Shown: positions 49,537 to 58,480 of the stretch, piece after piece | Numbering within the stretch: the first letter of the stretch is position 1 | How the letters are laid out: every line of letters starts with the position of its first letter | Source: Mycobacteriales bacterium | Lineage (GTDB): Bacteria > Actinomycetota > Actinomycetes > Mycobacteriales > QHCA01 | Length of the DNA: 64,000 nt | NCBI GenBank assembly: GCA_038276285.1 | Contig: JBBPZR010000002.1 | Span: 23,454-87,453, forward strand | Reading direction: 5' to 3' | Notes under the pieces: generated by a model | The model's input: the letters and a program-made list of their open reading frames with translations, nothing else | Databases searched by the model: none | What the model was told of the DNA's origin: nothing | Program-made: the position numbers and the translations under genes

Positions 49537-51021
49537 CTAGCTGACCCGACCTGTCACCGCGATGTTCCGCCACGCCTTCTGCGACGCGGCGTCGGTCAGG
49601 CTCCAGTTGCCCTGCGCGCCGGTGCCGTCCCAGTAGAGCCACATCTTGATCCGGCCCTGCGACTTGATCCAGGCCGCGTCGGTGGCGATCACCTGGGCGC
49701 GCTTGGCCTGCATGGTGGGGTTGGCGACGGTGCCCGGCTTCACGACGTACTGCCCGTACTCCGCGATGAGCATCGGCACGCTCTTGTCGAGCATAAAATT
49801 GTACCAGCTCATGAACTCGGGGTCGACGTTAAGCGCGAGGACCGTGGCCGAGTAGGTGTCGACCGCCGTGAAGTCGGCGTACCCGCTCCCGACCCACCAG
49901 GCCTGGGCGCCGCCCTTGCCGGCCAGCCGGGTCGGCTGCCACCAGTAGCTCATGTAGACCGGACCCCAGTGAATGGTCGGGTTGGCCCTCTTCACCACCG
50001 TGTACAGGTGCCGCTGCATGGCCACGAACTGCGGCCCGGTCATGTCGTTTTCCGGCTCGTGGTACGCGGTCGCGTAGACGCCCGTGGCCGGCACCGTCTT
50101 AGCCCACGCCGTCACCGCGGTGTCGTACTTGCCGGCCGCGGCACCGACGAAGTCGCCGCCAGGGGGCTTCCAGGAGACGAACGACCCGTGGCCTTGCGTG
50201 GCGTCGTCCTTGGCGCTCGACGTGGCGAAGCTGGCCGGCAGCGTCGAGTTGAACGAGCGCCGCATCTGCAGGGGCCCGATGGACGAGTTCGCCGCGTCGA
50301 AGCTGCTGATGCTGGCGTTCGGCACGTTGACTGCGGCGCCTACCCACATCGACTTCAGCGGAGGCGGCGTGTAGCTGACCGTCAGCGTCGGGCGCGGGGT
50401 GGCTCCGTCCTTCGCGTCGAAGCGGGCGGTGTCCGTCGTCGTGGCGGCGGTCACGGCGAAGGCGTACGTCCCATTGCCGCTTACTTTCGCGGCGAAGGCG
50501 ATGGAGCCTGTAGCCGAGGTGGGATACGCCGTGCCGAGGGACGTGCCCACCGGCGGCGCGTTGCGCATCGTGAGCGTGGATTCCGACCACGCCGTGATGG
50601 GCACCGTGGCTGCGCTCACCTGAGGGGGAAGGTGATGCGCAGTCCGGCTCAGCTGGAGCCTGGCGCTGATGCCAGTCGCGCCGGTCGGCACGCCCGCCAC
50701 GGTGAACTTCAGGTAACTCAGCCGCCGGTCGCGGTTGGCGCTGCCGGCGATCAGAATGCTCGAGGCGCCATAGTTCGCGTTCGGGTGGGCTGCGGAGACG
50801 TAGGAGTCCGCGACGGCGCCGAAGACCAGGCTCGGGGTCGAGGCCATCGCCGGCGACGGGCCGCCGGCGATCGTGGTGCCGACGGCGGTGGCGCATGCGA
50901 CCGCGGTGAGCACCGCTATCCGACGCCGGGCATAGCGTCGCAGCGAGGCGGCGGCAGACTGGCTGGGTGACCCGACGCGAGACTGTGCGGCGGCCCGGGA
51001 AGGGTTCGGGAGTGTGTGCAT
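49537..51021 (-). CDS. secreted DNRLRE-type domain plus clan GH-A glycoside hydrolase, paralogue 5 (inverted partner of 44505..45989)
   Basis: Also 494 aa and about 60% identical by eye to paralogue 3. Motifs are VADSYVSAAHPNANYG...NRDRRLSYLKF, AYHEPEN, MSYWW and LIAEYGQ. Confidence 0.7.
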   Translation of the reverse strand: MHTLPNPSRAAAQSRVGSPSQSAAASLRRYARRRIAVLTAVACATAVGTTIAGGPSPAMASTPSLVFGAVADSYVSAAHPNANYGASSILIAGSANRDRRLSYLKFTVAGVPTGATGISARLQLSRTAHHLPPQVSAATVPITAWSESTLTMRNAPPVGTSLGTAYPTSATGSIAFAAKVSGNGTYAFAVTAATTTDTARFDAKDGATPRPTLTVSYTPPPLKSMWVGAAVNVPNASISSFDAANSSIGPLQMRRSFNSTLPASFATSSAKDDATQGHGSFVSWKPPGGDFVGAAAGKYDTAVTAWAKTVPATGVYATAYHEPENDMTGPQFVAMQRHLYTVVKRANPTIHWGPVYMSYWWQPTRLAGKGGAQAWWVGSGYADFTAVDTYSATVLALNVDPEFMSWYNFMLDKSVPMLIAEYGQYVVKPGTVANPTMQAKRAQVIATDAAWIKSQGRIKMWLYWDGTGAQGNWSLTDAASQKAWRNIAVTGRVS

Positions 51022-51161
51022 GCGAATGGTGTCGGCCCTTCGAGTGACAGGCTTGAGAAAATCCGCTGGCGCCTCGGCCGGCGGATGGCTCGACCGGACG
51101 GCTCGGTCCGGCGATCAGGTACGGTCCACGGTTCGACGGGTCGCACTAGCCAGGGAGGGTC

Positions 51162-51992
51162 ATGGCCGGGTTGCTGCTGATGCTCGCCGGCGGCGTGCTG
51201 GCTGTCTGCGCCGTCGGCGGCCTTGTCCTGACGCATCCCGTCCGACCGACGACGTGGCGCCGGGGCGGCGCGGCGCGGCGCCTGGTCGCCGCCCGCCACG
51301 AGCTGGTCGCGGCACTCGGCGCATCAACCGCCGCGGTCGTGGTGCTCCTCGCCGGCGTGGCCGCCACGGTCATCGTGTGCTGGCCGCTGGGCCGCCTTGC
51401 CGGCGGGCTGGAGCGGTCGGTCGACCTGCCGGTCTTCCGCTGGGGCGCCAGGCACCACTATCACGGCTGGATCCGGGTCAACGAGCTACTGACCCTGATG
51501 GGCAACCGGCCGCAGGTGAAGGCGGTCTGTCTCGTCTCGGCGGTGGTGCTGGCCTTGCTATGGCGGCGTCGCGGGTGGTGGGTGCCGCCGGTCGTCATCG
51601 CTTCGGCGTTCGGCTTCGAGAAGTACGGGCAGAAGCTGCTCGCGCTGGTCGTCCACCGCGGCCATCCGCCGACAACGCGGGGCACGTACCCCTCAGGCGG
51701 GGTTGCCCGGCTCGTGGCGATATACGGCGTCATCCTGTTCCTGGTGCTATTCACCTATCCCGGGGTCGGCCGCCGGTGGCGGGTGGCGCTGTGGACCATG
51801 TTCGGCATCGCCGCTTTCGTCGAGGGCTACACCCGGATCTACCTGCTCAAGCACTGGTTCACCGACGTCGTGGGGGGTTGGGTGTACGGCTCGCTGCTGC
51901 TGGCCACGCTGATCGCCGCGGCTTCGACGCTCGTGGAGCGCAACCGCGAGGAAGGACCCACGGCTGGATCGGCCTGGCGCGGGCGACGTTAA
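51162..51992 (+). CDS. PAP2-like membrane phosphatase family protein (variant motifs)
   Basis: About 6 TM segments. YPSGGVAR stands in place of PSGH, and TRIYLLKHWFTDVVGG fits SRxxxxxHxxxD. The family assignment is tentative. Confidence 0.5.
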   Translation: MAGLLLMLAGGVLAVCAVGGLVLTHPVRPTTWRRGGAARRLVAARHELVAALGASTAAVVVLLAGVAATVIVCWPLGRLAGGLERSVDLPVFRWGARHHYHGWIRVNELLTLMGNRPQVKAVCLVSAVVLALLWRRRGWWVPPVVIASAFGFEKYGQKLLALVVHRGHPPTTRGTYPSGGVARLVAIYGVILFLVLFTYPGVGRRWRVALWTMFGIAAFVEGYTRIYLLKHWFTDVVGGWVYGSLLLATLIAAASTLVERNREEGPTAGSAWRGRR

Positions 51993-52182
51993 GCAAGCCA
52001 CTGACTACGGAGCGCTGCGAAACCGGCCGCAGTGGTGACCGCTCGCGGCCGTGGTTCGGCCGTTCGGGTTGAGTGCGCGGCGAGTACGTGCATGCATCGG
52101 CGGCGCCGAAATGCGCGCGGTAGGCTGGCTGGGTGCCACGGTGGCGCTCCCTCGGGAGCGAGCGAGGGAAGAGCAGAGGTGA

Positions 52183-53892
52183 GTGGTGGTCGCTATCACG
52201 CACAGTCCGGCAACGTACGAGGGGCGGGACTACGGCGACGTCATGCGGCGCCGCTGGTGGATCGTGGTCGCGGGGGCTGTGCTCGGTCTGCTCGTCGCGA
52301 TGGTCGCGACCAAGCTGCTGCCCAAGTCCTACACCTCGCCGACGTCGGTGCTCGTACTGTCTACGCCGGTGCCCGACGCCCAGATCGCGAACAGCCGCAC
52401 GTCGAGCGACATCAACCTCGACACCGAGTCGCAGCTCGTGCTTTCGATGGACGTTGCCGCGGCGGCCGGCAAGCTCCTGCACAGCTCGCAGTCGCCGAGA
52501 GACCTGGCGACCAACGTCACGGTGACCGTGCCACCGAACACCCAGGTCCTGCAGATCAGCTACTCCGACAACACGGCGCGCAAGGCGCAGCAAGGCTCAC
52601 ACGCCTTCGCGCTGGCGTACCTCGCCAACCGGCAGGCCCTATCCAAGGCCGCGTTGGACGCACAGATCAAAGGACAACAGGCGCAGGTGGTAGACCTGAC
52701 CAAGCGGCTGCAGGACGCCACCGGCAAGCTCGCGACCCTGCCGACGAACTCCCCCGACCGCGCCTTCGCGCAGGCTCAGGTCCAGGAACTGATCAACCAG
52801 GTGGGCGCGCTCGAGCAGAAGGTCAGCAGCCTGACGACGACGCCAGTCACGCCGGGGCGGATCATCTCCGACGCCGAGCTGCCAACCGGGCCGGGCAGCC
52901 CGAACACGCTGATCCTGCTGTCCGGCGGGCTGATGACCGGCCTGTTGCTCGGCTTTAGCGTGGCCGTCCTGCGCGAGCGGACCGACAAGAGGATCCGCCG
53001 GGGCTCCGATGTCGAGCGGCTGATCGACGTCCCGCTGCTCACCGCGCTGCCCGGACGCGCCTTGAGTGCGACGACCGCCGCCGGAATCGTCGACCAGTCC
53101 GGCGCGGCGGGCGCGGCCATCGCCCATCTGCGCAACACGGTCATCGCGGACCTCGGCCCGCACCGGCACGTCCTGCTCGTGGTGGGCGCGTCGACTGGGC
53201 CAGCCAGCCAGTTCCTCGCGACCAACCTCACAGCGTCGCTGGCCCGCGCCGGCCTGATCGCCACGCTGATGGCAGCGAACCTGCGCGACGCGGCCGCCGG
53301 TCCCACCGGCTCGCAGCAGCTCGGCGTGTCCGATTTCATGCTGCGCGAGCTCAGGGCGCAGGAGCTCACCACGCCTAGCGCCGACGTGCAGAGCATGAAC
53401 ATCGTCGGCCCGGGCACCCAGCCCGGGCTCGGGGCGGACCGGATGCAGACCGACAGGGCGCGCGAGCTGGTCGCCGACCTGCTGGCGAACGCCAACTACG
53501 TGGTGATCCTGGCGTCGTCCACGGCGATCAGCGCCGACGCGCAGACGCTAGCCCACCTGGCCGACGGCGTGATCGTCGTGGCCGAGCTGGGCCGGACCCG
53601 CAAGGACCAGCTGCTCGACGCCGGGCAGCAACTCGAGCGAGTCGGCGCCCGGGTGCTCGGCGCCGCCGTCGTGCCGCCCATCGGCCGACGCCGCGGCCAA
53701 CCAGGCACCGGGGGCAACGCCGCCACTCTTGGCCGCGCCGGCCGCCAACAGCAACTGGCCCAAAGCCGCCTCGACGCCGTGCAGCGCGACACCCACGGAG
53801 CCGGCGAACCCACGCCGGGCGGCGACGACGCTTCCACCACCCGCCGGCCGGCCCCGTTCAAGCAGGAGGCTAACTCCTGGCGCCGCGAGTGA
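52183..53892 (+). CDS. polysaccharide co-polymerase (Wzz domain) fused to a BY-kinase-like domain with degenerate Walker motifs
   Basis: N-terminus RDYGDVMRRRWWIVVAGAVLGLLVA...YTSPTSVLV (Wzz), a coiled-coil periplasmic part and a second TM segment (LILLSGGLMTGLLLGF). The C-domain aligns to BY-kinases but reads VVGASTGPASQF, not GxGKS/T. Walker A' reads LMAANLRD, not DxDxR, and Walker B reads VVILASST. There is no C-terminal Tyr cluster. Confidence 0.7.
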   Translation: MVVAITHSPATYEGRDYGDVMRRRWWIVVAGAVLGLLVAMVATKLLPKSYTSPTSVLVLSTPVPDAQIANSRTSSDINLDTESQLVLSMDVAAAAGKLLHSSQSPRDLATNVTVTVPPNTQVLQISYSDNTARKAQQGSHAFALAYLANRQALSKAALDAQIKGQQAQVVDLTKRLQDATGKLATLPTNSPDRAFAQAQVQELINQVGALEQKVSSLTTTPVTPGRIISDAELPTGPGSPNTLILLSGGLMTGLLLGFSVAVLRERTDKRIRRGSDVERLIDVPLLTALPGRALSATTAAGIVDQSGAAGAAIAHLRNTVIADLGPHRHVLLVVGASTGPASQFLATNLTASLARAGLIATLMAANLRDAAAGPTGSQQLGVSDFMLRELRAQELTTPSADVQSMNIVGPGTQPGLGADRMQTDRARELVADLLANANYVVILASSTAISADAQTLAHLADGVIVVAELGRTRKDQLLDAGQQLERVGARVLGAAVVPPIGRRRGQPGTGGNAATLGRAGRQQQLAQSRLDAVQRDTHGAGEPTPGGDDASTTRRPAPFKQEANSWRRE

Positions 53893-54920
53893 CCGTGCCG
53901 GCGGCGGCCCGGTCGCGCGTTGCGGCCGCCGTACCGGTCGTCGCCTGCCTGGTCCTAGCGGCCTGTTCCGTGTCGACCGACGTCGACCGGTCGACCGGCT
54001 TTCCGTCCACGCCTGCCACTACCCCACCGGCAGACGCGACCCCACCGCCGGCGGTCCGACCGATCCTCGCGCCCCTCACGGGGGTGCCCACCACCGCCGC
54101 CACGGCGGCGCGCCCGGCAGTGGCGGTGCCGATCACCGCGGGCAGCGTGGGACCGCCCTCCGGCCTCGGCCACGCCGACATCGTGTATGCGGTGTGGGAC
54201 GGTGCGGCCGGGGTCCGCTTGGCTGCGCTATTCCAGTCACAGGACGACGTTGCGGTCGGCCCGGTGGCCGGGCTGCGCCCGGAGGACGCCAAGCTGCTTC
54301 CGGTCGCCCATCCGGTGGTGGCGGCGGCGTCCAGCTACGACAAGTTCCTGCGCATGGGACAAGCCGCGGGCTTGAACATCGCGACGACGTACGCGCACCC
54401 CGAGGCCTACCGGCAGTCGACGACCGGCGCGGCGTACGCCTCGACGCCGGGGCTGCGCGCCCTCGCCGCCAGCGGTACGCTGCCGCCGCCGAATCTCTTC
54501 CCACTGGCCGCCCCCGACCAACCGCTGGCCCAGGTCGGACTGCACCCGGTGAGCCGGCTGAGCGTGCCGAGCGCGAGCCACCCGGTCTTCATCTGGACCT
54601 GGGACGCGACGGTCAAGCGGTGGCGGGCCACGGTCGGCGGCGCCACCGTCACGGCGGCGAACGTGGTGGTGCTCGCGATGCCGTTCAGGACGGTGCTCGC
54701 ACACTACCCGCAGGGCCCCCCGTTACCGACCGCGGATGTGTTCGGTGCCGGCAACGCCTACGCGATCTCGGCCGGGCACGGCGCGGCTGGCCGGTGGGCC
54801 CGGTCCGGGCCGCTGAAGTTGACCACGGTCGCGACCGCCGACGGCGTGCCGATGCGGTTTACCGCCGGCCCGACGTGGGTCATCATCATTCCGGTCGGCA
54901 ACGCCTGGTCGGTGAGCTGA
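53889..54920 (+). CDS. DUF3048-domain lipoprotein
   Basis: Lipobox LVLAACS, then APLTGVP....RPAVAVPI...PPSGLGHADIVYAV...G.RLAALF, the typical DUF3048 N-domain. A GTGA overlap joins it to the upstream gene. Confidence 0.7.
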   Translation: MTVPAAARSRVAAAVPVVACLVLAACSVSTDVDRSTGFPSTPATTPPADATPPPAVRPILAPLTGVPTTAATAARPAVAVPITAGSVGPPSGLGHADIVYAVWDGAAGVRLAALFQSQDDVAVGPVAGLRPEDAKLLPVAHPVVAAASSYDKFLRMGQAAGLNIATTYAHPEAYRQSTTGAAYASTPGLRALAASGTLPPPNLFPLAAPDQPLAQVGLHPVSRLSVPSASHPVFIWTWDATVKRWRATVGGATVTAANVVVLAMPFRTVLAHYPQGPPLPTADVFGAGNAYAISAGHGAAGRWARSGPLKLTTVATADGVPMRFTAGPTWVIIIPVGNAWSVS

Positions 54921-54924
54921 CTCA

Positions 54925-56358
54925 ATGACCATCGCGATCCTTCCCGCTGCACGCGCCCCCCGGCCGGCCTTCGGACGGTCCGCTCCAGGCCCGACCTCCC
55001 GGTGGTCGCTGGCGACCGGATGGCCGATGGCCGCCCTGCTTGTCGCGTACCCGCTGTGGTGGGCGCTGGGCCTCGGCGTCTTCATCTTCATCATCCTCGC
55101 TGTCCCCATGGCCTGGCACCTGATCCGGCTGCCCCGTGTGCGGATGCCACCCGGCTTCATCATCTGGGTGCTGTTCCTCGTCTGGTCCGTGGCCAGCCTC
55201 GTCATGCTGGGAACGAACCCGGTCGGCACCCAGCCGAACACCGCCAGCTCGCGGCTGCTGCCGACGGGGCTGCGCCTGCTGGAATACGCGGCGGTGACCG
55301 TCCTGCTGCTCTTCCTCGGCAACGTCTCGCTGGAGCGGCTATCGCAGCAGCGCCTGGTCCGCTACCTCGGCGTGATTTTCTTCTGGACGGTGACCGGCGG
55401 CGTCCTGGCGGTGCTCCTGCCGACCTTCCAGTTCACCTCGCCGCTGGAGTTGGTGCTGCCGTCCCACCTGCGCAACAACCTGTTCGTGCAGAGCCTGGTG
55501 CATCCCGCCCTCGCCCAGCTGCACGACGTGCTCGGCTACACCTCGCCCCGCCCGGCGGCCCCCTTCGGCTACACCAACATGTGGGGCAACAACCTTGCGA
55601 TCCTACTGATCTGGTTCGTCGTCGGCGCAGTGGCGCTGCGATCGCTGCGGCTGCGTCTGGTCGCGCTGGCGGTGGTCGTCGCGAGCTTGGTGCCCACCGT
55701 CTACTCGCTCAACCGGGGGCTGTGGATCGCGCTGTTGCTCTCCGGCCTCTACCTCGCGTTCCGGCTGATCGCTCAGGGCCGGCTGTGGGTGATCGGCGTG
55801 CTGACCGGCGTGGTGGTGGTGACGTACGCGGTCGTCGCGCTGTCCCCGCTGCAGCAGCTCATCGCCGCGCGGCTGGAGCACGGCAAGAGCAACGACACGC
55901 GAACGTTCACCACGGTTGAGGTGCTGCGGATCGCCAGGGACTCACCGATCCTCGGCTACGGTGACACCCGCAACGCGCTGGGCAGTTACCAGTCGGTCGC
56001 GGTGGGGAAGAACGCGAACTGCCCGCGCTGCGGCAACATCGCGCTCGGCAGCAACGGGCAGCTGTGGCTGGTGCTCGTTTCGAGCGGGTTCGTCGGCGTG
56101 GCGCTGTACGTGGGCTTCTTCCTGCATGCGGTCTGGCACTACCGACGGGACCGCACCGCGATTGGGGTCGGCGGCCTGCTCGCGGTTGGCCTGCCCCTGT
56201 TCTTCATGTTCGTGTACAACGCGATGGTGTCGCCGTTGGCGCTCTACATGATCTCGGTTGTGCTGCTGTGGCGGAACGAACAGCTGCACGACGCCGCGAG
56301 GGCGGAGGACACCGGTCAGGGAGGCGAGCGGCGGCCGCCCGCGCCGCTCCGCCGATGA
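54925..56358 (+). CDS. O-antigen ligase/polymerase-like (Wzy_C) membrane protein
   Basis: At least 10 TM segments. SLNRGLWIALLLSGLYLAF is followed by a large loop with GYGD.RNALG, the typical Wzy_C/O-antigen ligase layout. Confidence 0.7.
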   Translation: MTIAILPAARAPRPAFGRSAPGPTSRWSLATGWPMAALLVAYPLWWALGLGVFIFIILAVPMAWHLIRLPRVRMPPGFIIWVLFLVWSVASLVMLGTNPVGTQPNTASSRLLPTGLRLLEYAAVTVLLLFLGNVSLERLSQQRLVRYLGVIFFWTVTGGVLAVLLPTFQFTSPLELVLPSHLRNNLFVQSLVHPALAQLHDVLGYTSPRPAAPFGYTNMWGNNLAILLIWFVVGAVALRSLRLRLVALAVVVASLVPTVYSLNRGLWIALLLSGLYLAFRLIAQGRLWVIGVLTGVVVVTYAVVALSPLQQLIAARLEHGKSNDTRTFTTVEVLRIARDSPILGYGDTRNALGSYQSVAVGKNANCPRCGNIALGSNGQLWLVLVSSGFVGVALYVGFFLHAVWHYRRDRTAIGVGGLLAVGLPLFFMFVYNAMVSPLALYMISVVLLWRNEQLHDAARAEDTGQGGERRPPAPLRR

Positions 56359-57581
56359 GCCGACCGGAGCAGGCTGCTGGGCGCCTCCTGCCGGCGTCCA
56401 GCGTCACGCTGTTCGGCCTTGCCGAGCTGCTCTGGCCCAGCCCCGCCTCGATCACCACGAGCCGCGGCGGCGACCGCACGGTGGCCCAATACCTGCCCGT
56501 CCCGAGCACCGCAGACCCGCGGCTGCTCCTGCCGGCACGCCCTTGGCGCGCGGCCGCGGCAGCCGTACGTCACCAGCCGGCCGCGTCCACGAAGGCTCGG
56601 GTACGCCGCGAACTCGCCGCACTCGGGCTCGCCGCCGGTCTGGGCGAGCTGGTGCCGCGGCACCGGATCCGGGTTCACGCCGACCACCCCGTCGAAACGA
56701 TCGAGGTTTTCTTCGCTCGGCACTGGGATCGCCCGATCGTGCTGAGCATCCACCTCGGCAAGCCGCGCGCCAACCGCAAGCCGGTCGTCGGAATCCTGAG
56801 TCCGGCCGGTGCCGCCCTGGGCTTCGCAAAGATCGGCGTCAACGAGCTGACCCGCTCACTGGTGCGTACCGAGGCCAATGCGCTGGCCGTCGTCGCCCGC
56901 GCGAATCCACGGCAGCTGACCGCGGCGCGGGTGCTTCTGCAGGAGCGCTGGAACACGCTGGACGTAGTGGCGACGAGCCTGCTGCCGGTGTGGGAGGGCC
57001 GGCGACCGGTGCCGGTCGAATCCCTCCGGCGTGCCACGCAGGAGGTCCACGGCCTGGTGCCCACCGGCGAGCTCACCGTGTCGGACTGGCTCGCGGCGTC
57101 AGGGCTCCGCGACCGGCTGGCCGGACTGCCCGAGAGCCCGGCCAGCGCGGGTGTCCGTGGCGCGGTCGGCACGCTGGTCGACCGGGCCGGCGGGGTGAGG
57201 CTCGCCTGCGGAGCGTGGCACGGAGACTGGACCCCGTGGAACATGGCCTTCGTCGGCGGGCGGCTGCTGGTCTGGGACTGGGAGCGGTTCAGCGCGCCGG
57301 CTCCGGTCGGCTTCGACGCCCTGCATCACCGGCTGCAGGGAGCTTTGGTCTCGCAGCGGCGGCCGCCCCGGCAAGCGGTCCGGGAGCTCGGCGGCCAGGC
57401 CTACCAGCTGCTCGCCCCCTACGACGTAGGCCCGGCGGTCGTCCCGGTCATGGTCGTCGCGTACCTCGTCGAACTGGCGGGGCGCTACCTGCACGACGGG
57501 CAGGAAGCGGCCGGCGCCCGCCTCGGTCGGGTCGGCGACTGGCTCGTGCCGATGCTCGCTCAACTGGCGGGGCGGCTATGA
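56355..57581 (+). CDS. APH-like phosphotransferase (kinase-fold) protein
   Basis: Trimmed to ATG 56355 (ATGA overlap). The catalytic loop is AWHGDWTPWNM (HGDxxxxN), followed by LVWDWERF (DxE metal-binding equivalent). Confidence 0.6.
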   Translation: MSRPEQAAGRLLPASSVTLFGLAELLWPSPASITTSRGGDRTVAQYLPVPSTADPRLLLPARPWRAAAAAVRHQPAASTKARVRRELAALGLAAGLGELVPRHRIRVHADHPVETIEVFFARHWDRPIVLSIHLGKPRANRKPVVGILSPAGAALGFAKIGVNELTRSLVRTEANALAVVARANPRQLTAARVLLQERWNTLDVVATSLLPVWEGRRPVPVESLRRATQEVHGLVPTGELTVSDWLAASGLRDRLAGLPESPASAGVRGAVGTLVDRAGGVRLACGAWHGDWTPWNMAFVGGRLLVWDWERFSAPAPVGFDALHHRLQGALVSQRRPPRQAVRELGGQAYQLLAPYDVGPAVVPVMVVAYLVELAGRYLHDGQEAAGARLGRVGDWLVPMLAQLAGRL

Positions 57582-58480
57582 CACGGCAGGCCGGGGCCGG
57601 CCGGGCCGGCTTGCCGACCACCCGCCGGGTCCCCCGGCGGGTGAAGCCGGTGCTCCTCGCCGCGTCGCGCACGCTGGGGCGGGCCACCAGCCATGCGCGA
57701 GTGCTGCCGGGGTTCCTCGTCGTCGGGGCGCAGCGCTGCGGCACCACGTCGATGTACCGCACCCTGGCACAGCATCCAGCCACACTGAAGCCGGTGCGCC
57801 AGAAGGGCGTCCATTACTTCGACACCGGCTACGACAAGGGCCTGAGTTGGTACCGCGCGCACTTCCCGCTGCAGCGTACGGCGCTCGCCGTCGAGCGGCG
57901 CACCGGCGTGCGGCCGCTCGCCTTCGAGTCCAGCCCGTACTACATGTTCCACCCGTGGGCCCCGCAGCGGATCCAGGCGGACCTGCCGCAGCTCCGGCTG
58001 CTGGTGCTGCTGCGCGACCCGGTCGAGCGCGCCTATTCCGCGCACGCGCACGAGCTGGCACGCGGCTACGAGACCGAGCCGTTCGAGGCTGCCCTGGAGC
58101 TGGAACCTCAGCGGCTGCGCGGCGAGGTGGAGCGTATACTCGCCGACCCCGGCTATCGCAGCCACGCCCACCAGCACAACGCATACGTGCTGCGCGGCCA
58201 GTACATCGAGCAGCTCGAGCCGCTGGCCGGTCTGTTCGGCCGGGAGCGCATCCACGTCGTCGACAGCCACGACCTCTTCACCGCGCCGGAGGGCGCGTAC
58301 GCCGGCGTGCTGGAGTTCCTGGATCTGCCGCCGATGGGCGAGCCGGTGTTCGAGCGGCACAACGCGCGGCCCCGGTCGGCGCTGGCGGGCTCGGTGCGGG
58401 CGCGGCTCGAGGAGCACTTCCGGCCGTACGACGACCGCCTGGCGACCTGGCTGGACCGCGTCCCCTCCTGGCGCAGATGA
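57578..58480 (+). CDS. PAPS-dependent sulfotransferase (Sulfotransfer_1-like; same type as 32573..33448)
   Basis: Trimmed to ATG 57578 (ATGA overlap). 5'-PSB is FLVVGAQRCGTTSMY and 3'-PB is LVLLRDPVERAYSAH. Confidence 0.85.
   Translation: MTRQAGAGRAGLPTTRRVPRRVKPVLLAASRTLGRATSHARVLPGFLVVGAQRCGTTSMYRTLAQHPATLKPVRQKGVHYFDTGYDKGLSWYRAHFPLQRTALAVERRTGVRPLAFESSPYYMFHPWAPQRIQADLPQLRLLVLLRDPVERAYSAHAHELARGYETEPFEAALELEPQRLRGEVERILADPGYRSHAHQHNAYVLRGQYIEQLEPLAGLFGRERIHVVDSHDLFTAPEGAYAGVLEFLDLPPMGEPVFERHNARPRSALAGSVRARLEEHFRPYDDRLATWLDRVPSWRR

Noticed and set aside
49384-50970. 528-aa plus-strand ORF opposite the DNRLRE-GH gene
   Set aside because: The minus-strand product has a full-length paralogue at 44505..45989 with the same length and motifs, while the plus-strand translation is Arg/Gly-rich junk.
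57008-57025. T-loop-like GGTCGAATCCC suggesting another tRNA
   Set aside because: No acceptor, D or anticodon arms can be drawn around it, and it lies inside a well-supported CDS (56355..57581).
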